Origin: Octopus bimaculoides
Taxonomy: Eukaryota
Assembly (NCBI RefSeq): GCF_001194135.2
Contig: NC_068996.1
Location: 25,273,122-25,337,121, forward strand
Reading direction: 5' to 3'
DNA: 64,000 nucleotides
Of this stretch, positions 12,701 to 26,561 are shown piece after piece; position 1 is the stretch's first letter, and each line of letters opens with the position of its first letter. A program made the position numbers and the translations under genes. The notes below the pieces were generated by a model. It was given only the letters and a program-made list of their open reading frames with translations. It did no database searches and was not told the origin of the DNA.

Positions 12701-14943
12701 TATTACAGACTGTCTTTAAGATTGCCTGCATATAGCTTGTGGAGTCTATTTTATTCATTCCTTCATTTTTGTCTTTGTAAATAGACCCGCATACATGTGC
12801 ATACGTGCGCACATACACATACACACACAATTTAGGTGGGAAGCTGCATAAGTGATTCAGGAGCATGGAACTCATGGCCCTTGAGTTATTGGTGTAGCTG
12901 TACTGCTAAATAGTGGTGAAACTATATGTATATGCTTTACTTGAGTTTTATTACTGTTTGTACTGCTAAACAGGGTGGCTTTGCTTTTTATCCTTTGAAG
13001 GTTAGTAAAATATTTTATGTATTGAGATCAATATAGTCCCCTATACCCTTGAAGGTGTAGTTGCTCCATCATGGTCATAGTTATTAATGAAACCAGTAAA
13101 AGGTTTTTTTAAAAAAAAGCATATATATGTAAATATGTATATGTAAATTTCAAAATGCATACCAGCAAGAAATTTAGAGCAGCAACAGAACAAATTATCA
13201 GCTTTAAATAGAGAGATAAAATTTACATCTATAGATTTAATACATTTTGCTAGTTTATATCTCCAAAATGTATATCATCATCATCATCATTTAACGCCCA
13301 TATTTCAGCTTGACTTTGAATTCTGAGAGAGGCAGCTTTATGCTGGGAAATGAGCAGTTGAAGTATGAGGGAAATGGCTAGAGCAGAACAGATTTCTTGC
13401 TGTTAGAGGAGCTAAATGGCTTCTCAAATTCTACAAGATATGGTGTTGGTGAAGTGATAGGGGTGGAGTGAGGAAGAGAGAACAGGTACTGAGGTGAATG
13501 TATGGAGTCCTCAAGGAATGAGGTGAGTAAAAAGTGAGTGGAGACAGAACTGGGAGTGTGTATTGGAGAGTGAGAGATGTGTGAATAAATTAATGAAGAA
13601 TAAGTGTTGAATGGATAAATAGGGAAGGGTAAGTGACAATTGTAGAGACTGGATTGGGTTGAGAATGGATGTAGTGAATGGTGGATAATGGATGGGGGTA
13701 AAAGTATCAGAATACTAATGATGATACAGTAGACAAGGGAAAGAAGAGAGAGAAAAAAATGATGTATGGATGCATAGGCTGTAAAAATAAATTTATATGC
13801 ATTTTTGTTTGAAGCACTTCATAGATAAACATTAAACAGTGACTCCTATGAAAATTACCCCAAGAGTTATTTTAAATTTAAGGAAAAAGGAAAATGAAGA
13901 ACAAAAATATTTACCGCAATAAATTGTGTTAAAATTGGTGCACTTACCAAAATGCAGAATTGTCACTTTATGTATGTCTTTTAAAGGCTCAGGTTAATTT
14001 ATCTCTGGAACAGTGATTTCTTCTGTGATGAAGTGCATGAGATATTTATGAAATTGCATTATTTTAGAACCTTGCCCTTGGTCTGTTGTCTAAATGCATT
14101 CTCTAACATGTCAATCATCAATATTTCATCTTGGCTTTATAGATTCAGTCTCTCTCTCTCTCTTATTTTTCAAAAATTCTGTCATTGGTCTTAGATTTCT
14201 GAAATTTTGATTTATCTTATTTGTTGTTTTCTTTTACTTATCTGATATCTTGTTCATTAATTCGCAACAAAAAAACAAAATTTGAAATACTACAGTTCTA
14301 ATCAGTTTCTGTGTACTGCTTCAGGTACAGTATATACACATAGTCTTTCTGTTCCTCTTTGCAGAATCCAATTATTACTTTCACCCACATTTTCTTTTTT
14401 AGATTGTTTTTCATGCTTTGATGAATCTTCACTGCCATTATTGATATAATTTTAAAACATTTTTTAGGATATTCTTGCACTGTATGTTTGGTAGATAGTT
14501 CTAATGTCTTAAGTTTACTAATGGTATGGCCTTATGCCTTGATGTAGCAACTTCTTGAAGACTAAGTCAGTTTAACGTAGTCTTCCTTTCTCCAGCAATT
14601 CCTGTTCTGAGTTGAGTTATATAGGTGATGGACCAGGCCATTTAAGACTTAAGTATCTTTCCCATGGACACATTGCAGTGCTGGTGATAGAATACAAACT
14701 GCTGACCTCAACTTTTATTGATTTAATCATCTGCTATCTTCTAATTTTGCTCTATTTATTTCATTGTCTTTCATTCTTTGTATTTTTGGCAAATGACAAT
14801 GGTGCTACTCTGTTAGTGTATTATGTATGTGTATGATTATTCAGTCCTTCTTCAGTTAAGCCTACTTACAGTAATGCTTTCTTTGTTCCTACTACATTCT
14901 TTCATTAACAACAACTATATTGCTTTACAAGTAACATATTAGA

Positions 14944-15130
14944 GGCAAGATGGCCAAGTGGATATGGTTTGAGCGTAGTGTTTTACGTAAATAAGTTGCT
15001 GGGTTCAAACCTACCATCAGCACTGCAGCATGTTTATGGCAAAAGTCCTTAAGTCTTAAATGCCTCAGTCCACTACTAATATACTCCAGAATAGGAATTG
15101 CTGAAGTGGAATGAACTACGTTAAGCTAAT
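14944..15130 (+). mobile_element. Fourth tRNA-headed SINE-like element (Leu/Ser-tRNA-like head)
   Basis: GGCAAGATGGCCAAGTGG (A-box) and GGGTTCAAACC (B-box), then a non-tRNA body. An inverted copy of the body lies at ~14563-14715. Confidence 0.6.
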
Positions 15131-15371
15131 TTTATCATCATCATTTTCCCTGTTTGTATAGTCAGACAGAATTTGCTGGGGCAGATTTTCTACTGCCAAA
15201 TATCCTCTCTCTCTCAACAGTTCTCGTCTGTTTCCATTTAAAGTAATATGAGCTGACATGTTTTCTCAGAAGATTGGAAATGAAGGACACCACTTGCATG
15301 ACAATGACACTTTTTTTACAACTATTACACAAATCCAAGGCAAGGAGACAGTAACACACATTACATGCATG

Positions 15372-15521
15372 AGGTGCTTCTTTCAGTTTCTGTCTACCAA
15401 ATCCTGGTCAGACCAGGGATATAGTAGATGTTGAAGACACTTGCTCAAGGTGTCACGCAGTGGGACTGACCCTCAGACCATGTGGTTTGGAAGCAAACTT
15501 CTCATCACACAATCATGCCTG
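15372..15521 (-). mobile_element. SINE family A head/CORE fragment
   Basis: CTTCTTTCAGTTTCTGTCTACCAAATCC...GAAGACACTTGCTCAAGGTGTCACGCAGTGGGACTGA. Confidence 0.8.
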
Positions 15522-16363
15522 TCCTTTAAGTCTTCAAAAATATACTTCAGAGTAATTTCATCAAAGAAAAGTGGACCTCAACAAGATTTATATGTAAAAC
15601 CTACAGAGCAAGAAAACAAGGTTCAGCACAGTCTAGTGTGGTGCTCTATTATTTGAACCACTTTGCCTTTGGTTTTTTTTTTTTCACCCAGTTGTTGACA
15701 TTTACTTTGTAGTGGTAGTGGTGGGGGTTCTTCTGTCTGTGGAAGAGACTTTTGTCACTGGAACCATCGTGAACTTGAGACATGAACTAAGATTTATTTC
15801 AATCAATGAATCACACAGGAAAGATGTTTCCATTATTTGTTACTTTAGGATGGTGGAATTTCAGAATTGCTAGTATTGGACAAAAACACCTTGCAGTTTT
15901 TATTTTTTTATACTCTGATCCTAACCCTGCTGAGGTCGTCTTCACTTTTCATCCATCCAGAAGCCAGTAAAATAAAGTGCTCATTGACTACTGGGGTTGA
16001 TTGAATCAATTAATTTCAGTTCTTGTATCTGTCAGAAACAATTAGTATCTCTTTGCTAAGTCTCCTGCTGAAATAAACCACAAATCTTGTGTGTGAGAGG
16101 AGCATACTCCTTCCACAAACAGTAAAACTCTTCCTGCTATTCACCTCATACTTTATCTCCTATTCCTCCCTCTCAATCAAAGAGACTCTTCAGTCTTGTA
16201 AGTTACAAGGTGACCTCAGTAGTGTAGGAAAGACATCCAGTGGTAGAAATGACGGAACTGTAACACTGGAGCACATAGCCCTCTGAAGTATTGGATCCTA
16301 TCAAAATGTCCCACTAGCACAGAAAGTACACATTGTGTGTCTGTGTGCGTCTGCCTGCCTTAT

Positions 16364-16423
16364 TAGATAGCTGTTGACTCTCTTGAATATATGTAGATAG
16401 CTGTTGACTCTCTTGAATATATG
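16364..16423. repeat. Perfect 30-bp tandem duplication
   Basis: TAGATAGCTGTTGACTCTCTTGAATATATG occurs twice in tandem. Confidence 0.95.
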
Positions 16424-16684
16424 TTTTTTCATCTGCAAGGTGTCCAAAAATCCCTCTCCCCTCTACCAATCAGGACCGGTGGAGTTACTGGTTTAGTCAC
16501 TGATGAGCTGACCATGGAACATGCCTGTTTTACCGGACAACGTTACCAGTAGTACTCACTAGTAACCAAACACAGACGTGTACACGTGGGTTAGCATTTG
16601 GGTATACCAGTTCACATTTTTGTTTTATGCATGTATACTATATGTTTACACTATTCTGAAACTGGGGGTGCTCCTGCTGCAATA

Positions 16685-17967
16685 TGTGATCTTTTCTGTT
16701 GCTGTCACAGATTTTGAAATTTTAAAATTATGTGAAAATTTCCAAGTTTGGTATATTGATGTAATTTTTCACTCCAAATTTGATTTTGTTTTTCACTTGT
16801 CCCAGAAAAATTTTAGAAAAATGTTATAGAGGTTTATAGTTTAATTAATTTTATCTAAACGGAAAGGATTTAAAAGCTGGCATTTCTCAATAATACCTGT
16901 CTATCACAAAATTGATGACAACAAAAGTTGTAAGAAGTTTTAAGTTTTGATGAATAAAGTCATGTGAAATGGTGGAACAGGCATATAAACAAATTAAAAA
17001 GGAAAAAAAAATCTTCAATGAATTTTTTTAAATTACAAAGAACAAATAAAACTAAGTAATACTACTGTAGTATAGTTCACATAAGCTATTAATACATTTC
17101 TTGTAGTGAAAATTCAAAAATGAAAGTTTGAGATGCACTCTAGAAGTTTTTCAAACAAATTACAATTTTCATATCTCTTGTGCCACATAAACTCGAAGTT
17201 ATGTCAGCCATAGAACAGTATTGTTTATTCCCTTGTTTTACACAGACCCATTACTTTTTCTCATTTGTTGCAAGTTGGTGCCATTAATAAATTCAACACT
17301 GAGGTTCACTGTTCTGTGTTGAAAATTATAACCATCAATTTCAGGAATGTGAGAGTAGGCCCTCCACAACTCACTGAAAATTGGTTCCTGGAAGAACCAA
17401 CTGATATATGCATTCTTCTGGCATGTTGCAATTCCGATATGGCACCACATAAAGAAAACCTGTGGTTTAGTGAGACACTCTGAAAACCCGTTACTTGAGT
17501 AGCAAGCACCCTTCCTCAGTTGTAATTACATCTTGGGAAGTCTGTTTTGTTTATCTCAGTTTTCCCACAACTACCAATCTGAACTGGGTTTTGAACAAGT
17601 CCTCTGCACATATTTCATGAACATAGCTGTTGTAATTAACAGCTGTACAGTGGCCCATCCCCATTTCTTAAATGCAAAACCAGACTCAAGTTAATTCCTT
17701 GACCCAACCTTGCATCCTTTTTGGGAGCAGGTTACAGCTTGGCTTGTTGCTATGGAAACTGGTATCAATGTGTCTGTGGCTTTCAATTGGCTAAAATTGC
17801 CTAAAATTTGCAAACTTCAAAAGCTATTAACTTTTTATTGATTTATGGCTAAAATGAATTTCATTTTCATAATTAGCATACAAAATTACATCAGTACACC
17901 AAATTTGAAAACAATTGGAACAAAATTATAAAAATATAAAATTGTGACAGCAACAGAAAAGATCCCC
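16685..17967. mobile_element. Non-autonomous DNA transposon with long terminal inverted repeats (~1.28 kb), superfamily unassigned
   Basis: 16688-16709 (GATCTTTTCTGTTGCTGTCACA) is the exact reverse complement of 17943-17964. Looser inverted similarity continues for ~60 nt inward. No clear TSD or transposase motif. Confidence 0.75.
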
Positions 17968-18404
17968 ATTATGTCCTGTAACTTAGTGGTCTGACAACTA
18001 AAGGTCAATAAAATAAGTATGAAACTGAAATGAATACTGTAGTCAATCATATGAATCACAGTTTGAAGTTTGTCTTTTTTTTTTCTTTTTTGTTATATCA
18101 ACAATGATACAACAATTATATATCAGTTTGTACAATGGACCAATTTAGGTGATGTGCAGTAATTAAGATTTCAATGGTAATGCATTGCGAATGATTATCA
18201 AATCTAAATTCTGGTTTGTGCTCATGAAATTACCATTAGAATTTTAATTTCTAACAGAAAATTAATCGTACAAAAATTATTTCAGCGATGGACTGAGGGA
18301 ATGTTTATATAAAATGACTGTTGTAAAAGATGTTGTTGTTTCTTATTTTTGAAAATGTGTTTACTAAAATGATTGTAATTGGCATATATTTTACACTGAT
18401 TCAT

Positions 18405-18650
18405 TGGTATGACTGTGATTAAGAAGTTTTCTTCCCAGTCACATTGTTTCGGGCTCAGTCCCACTGTGTGGCACCTTGGGCAGGTGTCTTCCATTATAAC
18501 CTCTGGCTAATCAAAGCCTTGTGAATTGATTTGATAGAAGGAAGCTGAAGGAAGCCTGTTGTGTGTGAATGTATTTGTGTCTCCTTGTCTTGACAATGCT
18601 TGATTGCTGTAAATGAATGTCATTCGTTTCCAATATTCTGTGAAAACATA
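18405..18650 (+). mobile_element. SINE family A (tail type 2, truncated)
   Basis: CAGTCCCACTGTGTGGCACCTTGGGCAGGTGTCTT...AAAGCCTTGTGA followed by the alternative CCTTGTCTTGACA module. Confidence 0.8.
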
Positions 18651-18716
18651 TCATCAAAAATTTTTAATAAACCATTCAATCATGGAAAATAGGGTATTCA
18701 AATAATTGATGTTTCA

Positions 18717-18943
18717 CCCTTTAGCATTTAGACCAACCATATCTGGCCCAAATATTCTTCCTGTTTTATGTTCAAACTGGTCAGATCTAGTCTCATTCCT
18801 ACCCTACAATGTCATTCTAAAACTAATCAGTCACATCATCAAAATCTTGGAGGTATGAGATAATACAGGATTAACTCAAAATGATGTGAGTAAATAAGCA
18901 GTACATTTGACAGACTGTGTGAGATGAGGAATGTTTAATTTAG
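18717..18943. mobile_element. Degenerate inverted copy of the 61780 MITE family
   Basis: Starts CCCTTTAGCATTT. Internal CCCTACAATGTCATTCTAAAA is the reverse complement of TTTTAGAATGACATTGTAGGG in the 61780 copy. Confidence 0.65.
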
Positions 18944-21224
18944 TTATGTAAGACTTCCATAAAGTGAAGTTATTAATCTATATTTCTTATGTGAATCCAA
19001 ACCTAATTGCATTTATCCAAAGGAAAAAAAAAAGTCTTGTTTTAAAGGTTAGTTTAGTTAGAGGATCACAAAACTCTGGCTTCCTTCTAAAAAAGACTTC
19101 TGTTGATTCTAGGAAAATGTTCAGGCATTTTTTTTTTATGTATGACTTTTGTCTAAATGTGGCTGTTTCTGTTAGTTTTTGAAACATCATCTGTTGAGAA
19201 ATGTCAATGTACCTGAAGAAATAATAGTTAAATTTCCCTCAAAAAAAAAAAAAAAAAAAGAGGCACATTAGATAACAATGCACTTCCAAAAAGACTGGAA
19301 TGTCTTTGATAATTGGTCAGTAGGTCAGTTCAGTTAAGGTTGAGCTAGCATTAGGCTATAATCTTGACTTGTTCCTTAAGTTAGTTATTAAAAAGAAACC
19401 CCACCATCGTCAAAAATCAGTAGTTTGTTCTCATTTTCTCTGTTCAAATGATTAAAAGTCAAGTGAATGGCTCATCTGTTAATTATAGGTTATTTAATAA
19501 TTAGAGAGAGAGAGAGAGAAGTTGGCTGAGATCATAAAATTCTAGATTAGGCACAAGCAACCATTTTTGAGAAATGAGACATTCAAGTTGATTGCACTAT
19601 TAAAGAAATTCATGCTGATTTTTTTTTTATTGGCATTTCATTCAGAAAGTCCTGTGAGCCACTGTTGACCCATGATTGTTCCACATTAAATGTCTTCAAA
19701 ATATTTTGTCCTAAGTTCTGGATTCAAGGCTTGATGTTATTGATTGGCTTTCAATTCTCCCAGTTAAATTTGTTCCAGTATTTTATTGGTCTCTGTTTCT
19801 GTGACTGAATTGTTACACTATACCCTCCACCCAGCAACTGTTTATGAAGTAACAAAAATGATGGGAAATTATAAGCTTAAACTTTGCTGTTCATCATTCT
19901 GGAACTGATAAAAACAACAAATATCATTTCTCCCCCAAACATTGCTTGTCTCTGTAGACAAGGGGTTAAAAATAAACTGTTTATCTAAATGTCGACTCCC
20001 AAAACTTGTAGATAATTTTTGGAGACAAGTGTATAGAATAGTTAGGGCTCTTGTGTCACAGTGTATCAGGTTCATTGCTAGTGTTGATGCCATGATAAAA
20101 TGTACCCTGTACATACAGTGTAGGGTTGAGAGGACATTTTTTTTTTGTTATGCTAGGGATATGACAGCTTCTCTAGTGCTGACTGCGATATGACATGCAC
20201 CCAGTATACTTTGTAAAATCATTTGTGTTTGGAATGTCATGCAGCCATAGGAACCATGCCAAAAATGGAATGTTTTGTGCAAGATCTGGCCTTCCAACTT
20301 GTCTAAAGGGACAATAGCTCCAAATGAGAATTGGTCAAATTGTGATGACCTGTCCAGCCATGCCAGCATAGAAAGTGGATTTAAAATGAATTTGGTACAG
20401 TGCGTGGACAGAATGTAGTTAACACTAGATGAAATGGTTTACATGTTTCTTTTTTGTTTTCAGCTCAATCTCAACAACTTTTCACCATTTTCACTTCAGT
20501 AAAGTATTCAGTAATACACTGAGTCAATGTAATTCACTGTGATACTCCTGTTAAAGTATATGTCCTCTGTTTAAGCAAGGAATCGCTGTTGTTTTAGTAG
20601 GATTCCAATTGTTTGGTAGATAGGGTTATTCACATATGCTATCTCTAATGGTTGCTTCCACTGAATTCTTATTTTATAAATATGGAGATATGTCTTAAAA
20701 TATAAATAATATAATTTTCATGATATAATTAATGGGTGGATGAGTTGTGGTAAACTTGTTACAAGAAATAGTGTTGGTTTTAGAAACAAATTTGAATATC
20801 TCAGCAAGGTTGGATGGAAAATGACTAAAATAGATAAAATTCTATCAAAGATCTATGTGTAGATTCTTTGTGAAAATGTAATAACTTTTTGTTCATTTTA
20901 TTCTAAGAATGAATGAAAATCTATTAAAATATGCTTATTAATTTTATTGAATCAATTATAATTGAACTACTGTTATGACAATGTTGCAGTTTCACTGATT
21001 TAAATTTAAAGGTCATACAGTATCATCACAATTTTAACATCCATTTTTTCTATGCTTGCATGGGGCATACAAAATTTGTTAAAGTAGATATTTCTATGAC
21101 TAGATGCTCTTCCTGTTGCCAACCTTCACTTGTTTTCAGGCAAAGTTATATTTCCTATGGTCAGACACCTTTTTTTATGTAAGGCTGGAAACACAACATC
21201 GCTTGTATGCCAACACACACATGG

Positions 21225-21530
21225 CACATGGCTCAGTGGTTAGTGTCAGGTTCACAATCATGAGGTAGTGAGTTTGATTCCTGGACTGGGCTGTGTGTTG
21301 TGTTCTTGAGCAAGACACTTTGTTTTATGTTGCTCCAATTCACTCAGCTATAAAAATGAGTTGTGATGTCACTAATGCCAAACTGTATTGGCCTTTGCCT
21401 TTCATTGGATAACATCAGTGGTGTGTAGAGGCGAGGCCGGTATGCATGGGCAACTACTGGTTTTCCACAAACAACCTTGCTTGGACTTGTACTTTGGGGG
21501 GTAACTTTCTAGGTGCAATCCCATGTTCCA
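21225..21530 (+). mobile_element. Third tRNA-derived SINE family (C)
   Basis: A-box TGGCTCAGTGG, B-box-like GAGTTTGATTCC, then TCTTGAGCAAGACACTT...GCTCCAATTCACTCAGCT. Confidence 0.65.
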
Positions 21531-23029
21531 CTCATTTCCTGTCTACCAGATTCATTCACAAGGCTTTGGTTAGTATGGGACTATGGAAAAAGCCACTTTG
21601 CCTAGGTGCTACACAATGGGATTGAACCCTAGACCACATATGATGATGCAAGATTCTTAACCACTCAACCATGCCTGTGCCTTGACATTCACCCCACCTG
21701 AAACTTCCATTCACTGGTTCCACCTTCAAATCTGACATAGCTACGACGTCATCATATTTCTAGATAAAAGCTTGTCAACTTGATGTTTTTTTTAATCTTT
21801 TCATAAAACAAAACAGCTGTAGAGAAGAAATTTAAATCACTAATCTGGTTATAGTTCAGAAAACTTAATCCTTTCTTTGGTTAATAGTGGAATATAATTG
21901 ATGCGTAATGGTTAATTTTTAAATGCTATGTGACCTTGTGTGTGACTGTGAGTCTGTTTCTGTATCTTTTATCATTTGCTTGTTTCAGTCATTGGACTGT
22001 GACTATACTGGGACACCATCTTGAAGGATTTTAGTTGAACAGGTCTACACCAGTACTTATTTTTTAAAGCCTGACGCTTATTTTGTCAGTCTCTTTTGTC
22101 AAACTGTCATACTATGAGGACATAAACACCAGTTGTCAAGTGGTGTGGAGCAGGGGATAAATATTAGTACACACACACACCTCTCTGTCTCTGTATATCT
22201 ATCCATCCATCCATCCATTTATTTATCTATCTATCCATTTCTCTATCCATCCATCCATCCATCTGTCTATTTATTTAGTCATCTTTCTACCCATCTGGCC
22301 ATCCAATGGTCTTCCATGTGGTTTCCATCTATCAAATTCATTTACAAGGCATGCATTGGTCATTCAGGTGTGTGATGTAAAAAAATTTATTTAGGAAATT
22401 TTCTTTGCTTACACACACCATTGAAATTTTGGGGTAGCTATTAGCTGTAATGGAAGACATGATAAGTAACAGTAATCTCTTAAGGAAGTGTGTGTGTGTG
22501 ATTCCATTTCACTTCTTAGAAGAACCATTTCATTTATGCTGCTAATTCTTATAGGCGAGGTTTCAAATTTTCATTTCCTCTACTTTACAAATCTGAAGTG
22601 TTAGGTTTTATTTAGAAACACAGTTTATATAAGTCAATTAATTAAGAAATTTCTACATTGTGTTTAAATTTACTGCTGCTTTCTGTAGTAGCCCAATTGC
22701 CATCAAATACAAATACCCTGTCTTTGAAATAGTCACTCTCTAGCTGATTCAGTGTGTGTGTGTGTAGTCACTTGACTTGCTCACTGTGACAACTATAATA
22801 ATGTACTTCACATTGTCATAAGTATTACTATAGCTAGAATACTATTTTATTTTGGTTAGCTACATGTGAATTATAGGTCTGGTGAGGCAAAGCTGATTGG
22901 AGGTTACTATTCACTCACATCAAATGAGTGAGTGGGTTGCCTCTAAATTATATTGTTTTCATCCCAGAAATAGCTGTGCATGAAAATATTAATAATAAAA
23001 ATAACAATAATAGTTTCAAAAATTTAGTG

Positions 23030-23230
23030 CAAGCCACTAATTTTTTAGGAGGAGTGGGTTAGTCAGTTATGTTGACCCTAGTGCTCAACTGATACTTCAT
23101 TTTATAGACTCTGCAAGCATGAAAGCCAAAGTTGACCTCGGTGGAATTTGAACTCGGAACTTAATGAGTTTGAAAAAAGCAGCTAAGCATTTCATCCAAT
23201 GTGCTAATGATTTTGCCTGCTTGCTGCCTT
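23030..23230 (-). mobile_element. SINE family B copy
   Basis: AAAGTTGACCTCGGTGGAATTTGAACTCGGAAC...GCTAAGCATTTC...GCTAATGATTTTGCC is the reverse complement of the 29638 type. Confidence 0.75.
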
Positions 23231-24780
23231 TATAATTATAATAATAACAACAATAATGGTGGTGTTGGTGGTAGTAATGTTGGCTGAGATGACTTTTCAT
23301 AAAAGGAAATCACCTGTTACTGAGGAGTCATACTTAGTCTGTGTTGGTGGAACAAGTTTTACTGCTCTTTATTATTTATATTACAAGTGTGAACGCTCTC
23401 TTTCTCTCTGTCCTTTACACAAGCACACACATACACACACAAGCACAGGCAAACATTCCCAAGACAGTTTGAGAGCACCAATAAGTGATAGTCATTTAGT
23501 AATTAAAATCTGATAAAATCTAAAGTTGAATTATTTTCTCAGATGAAATTTAGTAATTTTGATTGGTCATACTATTTCATCTGTCTGTTTGCAAATGTGT
23601 GTTGTGTATATGTACACCATTTTCTCTGTCTACCCCTCACACTCTACCTGTATGTACATCGACATTAAGTGTATTAGTGACTCATTTCTCCTACAGCAGG
23701 TGATGAGATAGCTGCACATACTTCTTCATACAAGTTGTAGTCGTGCATTAAGACAAGCTGACCTCTCCCTCCCTTTCTTTTCATTTTATCTTTCTCTCTC
23801 CTTTCTCTCTCTCTCTCTCTCTCTGTTTCTCCCTTTTCCTTTCTTTCCTCACTCTCATGTATGACACAAGTAAATTGAGAAAGTATTTTTCTTTTATAAC
23901 ACAATCAGAAAACCAGCAGTCATTAATGAAACCTCTTTTTTCGGAAGACTTACTTTTTATCCTTTCACTTCAAAGAATTTTGGTTTGTAAACATGCTCCC
24001 CCTGTTTGTACCATCATTTATTTTTCTTACTTTCTACCATGAAATTTGCAATTGTACTATTGTGATTTAAACAATTTCTTGACAACAACTGTGTAAAATT
24101 ATGTCCATTTGCATAACTTTTTATTTTTACATTAGCTATAGCACATTTTCTTTAGTGAAGATCATTGGCATATTGAGATGTTCATAACATTTCTCAAAGG
24201 TATTAAAACTTTTCACTCAAAAGCATTTCATTGGAAATTAAATTCTTCCCCTCTGCACTTGTCATGTGAGAACTTTAATGATTTTTTTAAGCAAAAGTTT
24301 TGCAAATAACTATTGTTAAATTTGATGTGTGTTATAAATTGAGCATTCTAAGAATTTTTGATTATTTGAATTAAGTTGTGGAATTGGTAGCAATAACATC
24401 AAAACTTGATTTAATATGACTATTCAATTTAAACAATTTTGTTAGCAAAAAATTTAAGTTTTTGGTTAAATAATTTGCCATTTAAGTTAAGTTAAAATTT
24501 TTTAGTTGTAAAATATTTCAATAAGTTTAGATTACTCTTCACACCTTGATTTTTCTCCACATTTTAATCATGTACATCATCATCCTTCATCATGGTTGAA
24601 AAACGAATCCTAACTAGTTGGGATTATTTTAATAACCTGATATATACATGTATATACATACACATATTGAATTTTTCTTGTATCTTGACTCAAGTAATGT
24701 ATTTCATATAAACTTTGAGCTGTCTTATAGTTATATATGGGTGTGTGTGTGTGTATATATATATATATCAATATATATAT

Positions 24781-24860
24781 CATCATCATCATCATCATCA
24801 TCGTTTAACGTCCGCTTTCCATGCTAGCATGGGTTGGACGATTTGACTGAGGACTGGTGA
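24781..24860 (-). mobile_element. Short, 5'-truncated, apparently young retroposon end with a (GAT)n tail, inserted in a (TA)n run
   Basis: (CAT)7 CGTTTAACGTCCGCTTTCCATGCTAGCATGGGTTGGACG with intact CpGs. The same tail recurs in diverged form at ~10057, ~13275, ~9550 and ~28430. Confidence 0.75.
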
Positions 24861-26528
24861 TATATATATATATATATATGTATGTGTGTATGCATATATA
24901 GATAGATATGCATGTATGTATGTATATTTAAATTTATATTTAAATTCTCAGTCCTCCGTAGATGAAAACTATAACATCTTCATGTCATAGTTTTTTCTGT
25001 GCAAAATAGTATCAGCTGGTTGCAAGTCTGTTGAACAGTTTTTATTCAGAGATTTCTTTCTCCTAGATGATTGTCTTCACTACAACTGGTGAGAACCATC
25101 TATTGATGACTAAGCTCAATGGCCATTGACTCCTGAGTTCTTCCACATCTTTGATGTGTCCTATTTCTCATCCTGTGGGGTGTTCCAAAAATCACCCTCC
25201 TCATCAAGCAAGCTTGGTGGAGTTGCAAGTTTAGTTGTCAACCATGCAACAGCTTGTACTGGGTCACATGTTACCAGTTGAGCAAGAACAACTTGACACA
25301 CAAGAGTGGCCTGACATATATGTATATATGCATGCATGTGTGTATGCATATTGCTTCAAATTTTTATACAAGGCCAGCAATTTTAGGAGAAGCGGGTTAG
25401 TCAGTTACATCTACCCTAATATTTGACAGATGTATTTATTGACTCTGAAAGGATGAAAGGGAAAACTTACTTTAACAGGATTTGAACTCAATACAAAAAG
25501 CCATAAGAAATGTCACTAAGCATTTTGTCTGATACACTAACAGTTCTACTTGCTTGCCTTTTATGTGTTCATCCATTTTAGGTCAGTTGATTAAATTTAT
25601 ATGGAAGTTTTAATATGTAATATTGTATTTAAAGAATATTAAAGAAAAGTAATTTCTTTTATATATAAAATTATAAATAAAAATGAGTTCTGTTAGTATA
25701 TTAGATTATGTGTGTGTATGCGTGTGTGGAGAGAAGGAAGCTGAATTTTATGAAACCCACCAATATACAGATTTGTAGAATTGAGCTGTTTCCTGGTATT
25801 TGTCTTCCATTTTGTGCATTTATTCTTTTTCCAACTATAGAAATTCCAGTTTCTATATATGAAAGAATCTAAATTTCTTTCATTTTATTTAAGCTGTGAA
25901 ATATTTGTAGTAAAAAAGTGAAATTATCATAAGTTATTAAATCTAGTGATAGAAAAAATTTTTTTTTTTTGCTGATAATAGAATTGATGTAGATAATATG
26001 ATGAAGGTATAATGATGGCTCTTTTGCATGACATCTTCACAACTATTGCACTGGATTCTCTTCATTAATTAATTTTAATTTCTTATTCGGTGGTAAACTT
26101 TTAACCTAATCTAATTTTGATTATAGGGTAATTAATTAGTTTTCTGTTAAAGCTTAAGTTGAACTCTGAGGAATCAGTCCGTGTCAAGGCAATTCTATAT
26201 CACATTTCGAATTAGTCTTTAACTAGAGTCCATGCACTTTTACTACAATTATCATACTAAGGCTTTTATACATTTTTATTTTATTTTTATCTTTCTTCCT
26301 AACTTTTTAGAAGGGCTACTTATTCAGCGTTTTTAGAAAATAAAAATAAAATAAAAAGTAATTATCCACTGATCTTTTGACAGTTAATGATATGGAGACT
26401 TTGGTCGACAGGCAACTTATTGAGTCTTCTTGTTGAAGATGATGAGACATTTGTTGTTTGAATTAGTCTATTTTTACCTTGGACTCAAAGGTGACTGAAA
26501 CAAAGCAGGCTGTGGTAGTGGAACATGA

Positions 26529-26561
<33 letters not shown>

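Noticed and set aside
14944-15030. Possible tRNA-Leu/Ser gene
   Set aside because: A- and B-box-like motifs are present, but no cloverleaf closes and it runs into a repeat body. Treated as a SINE head.
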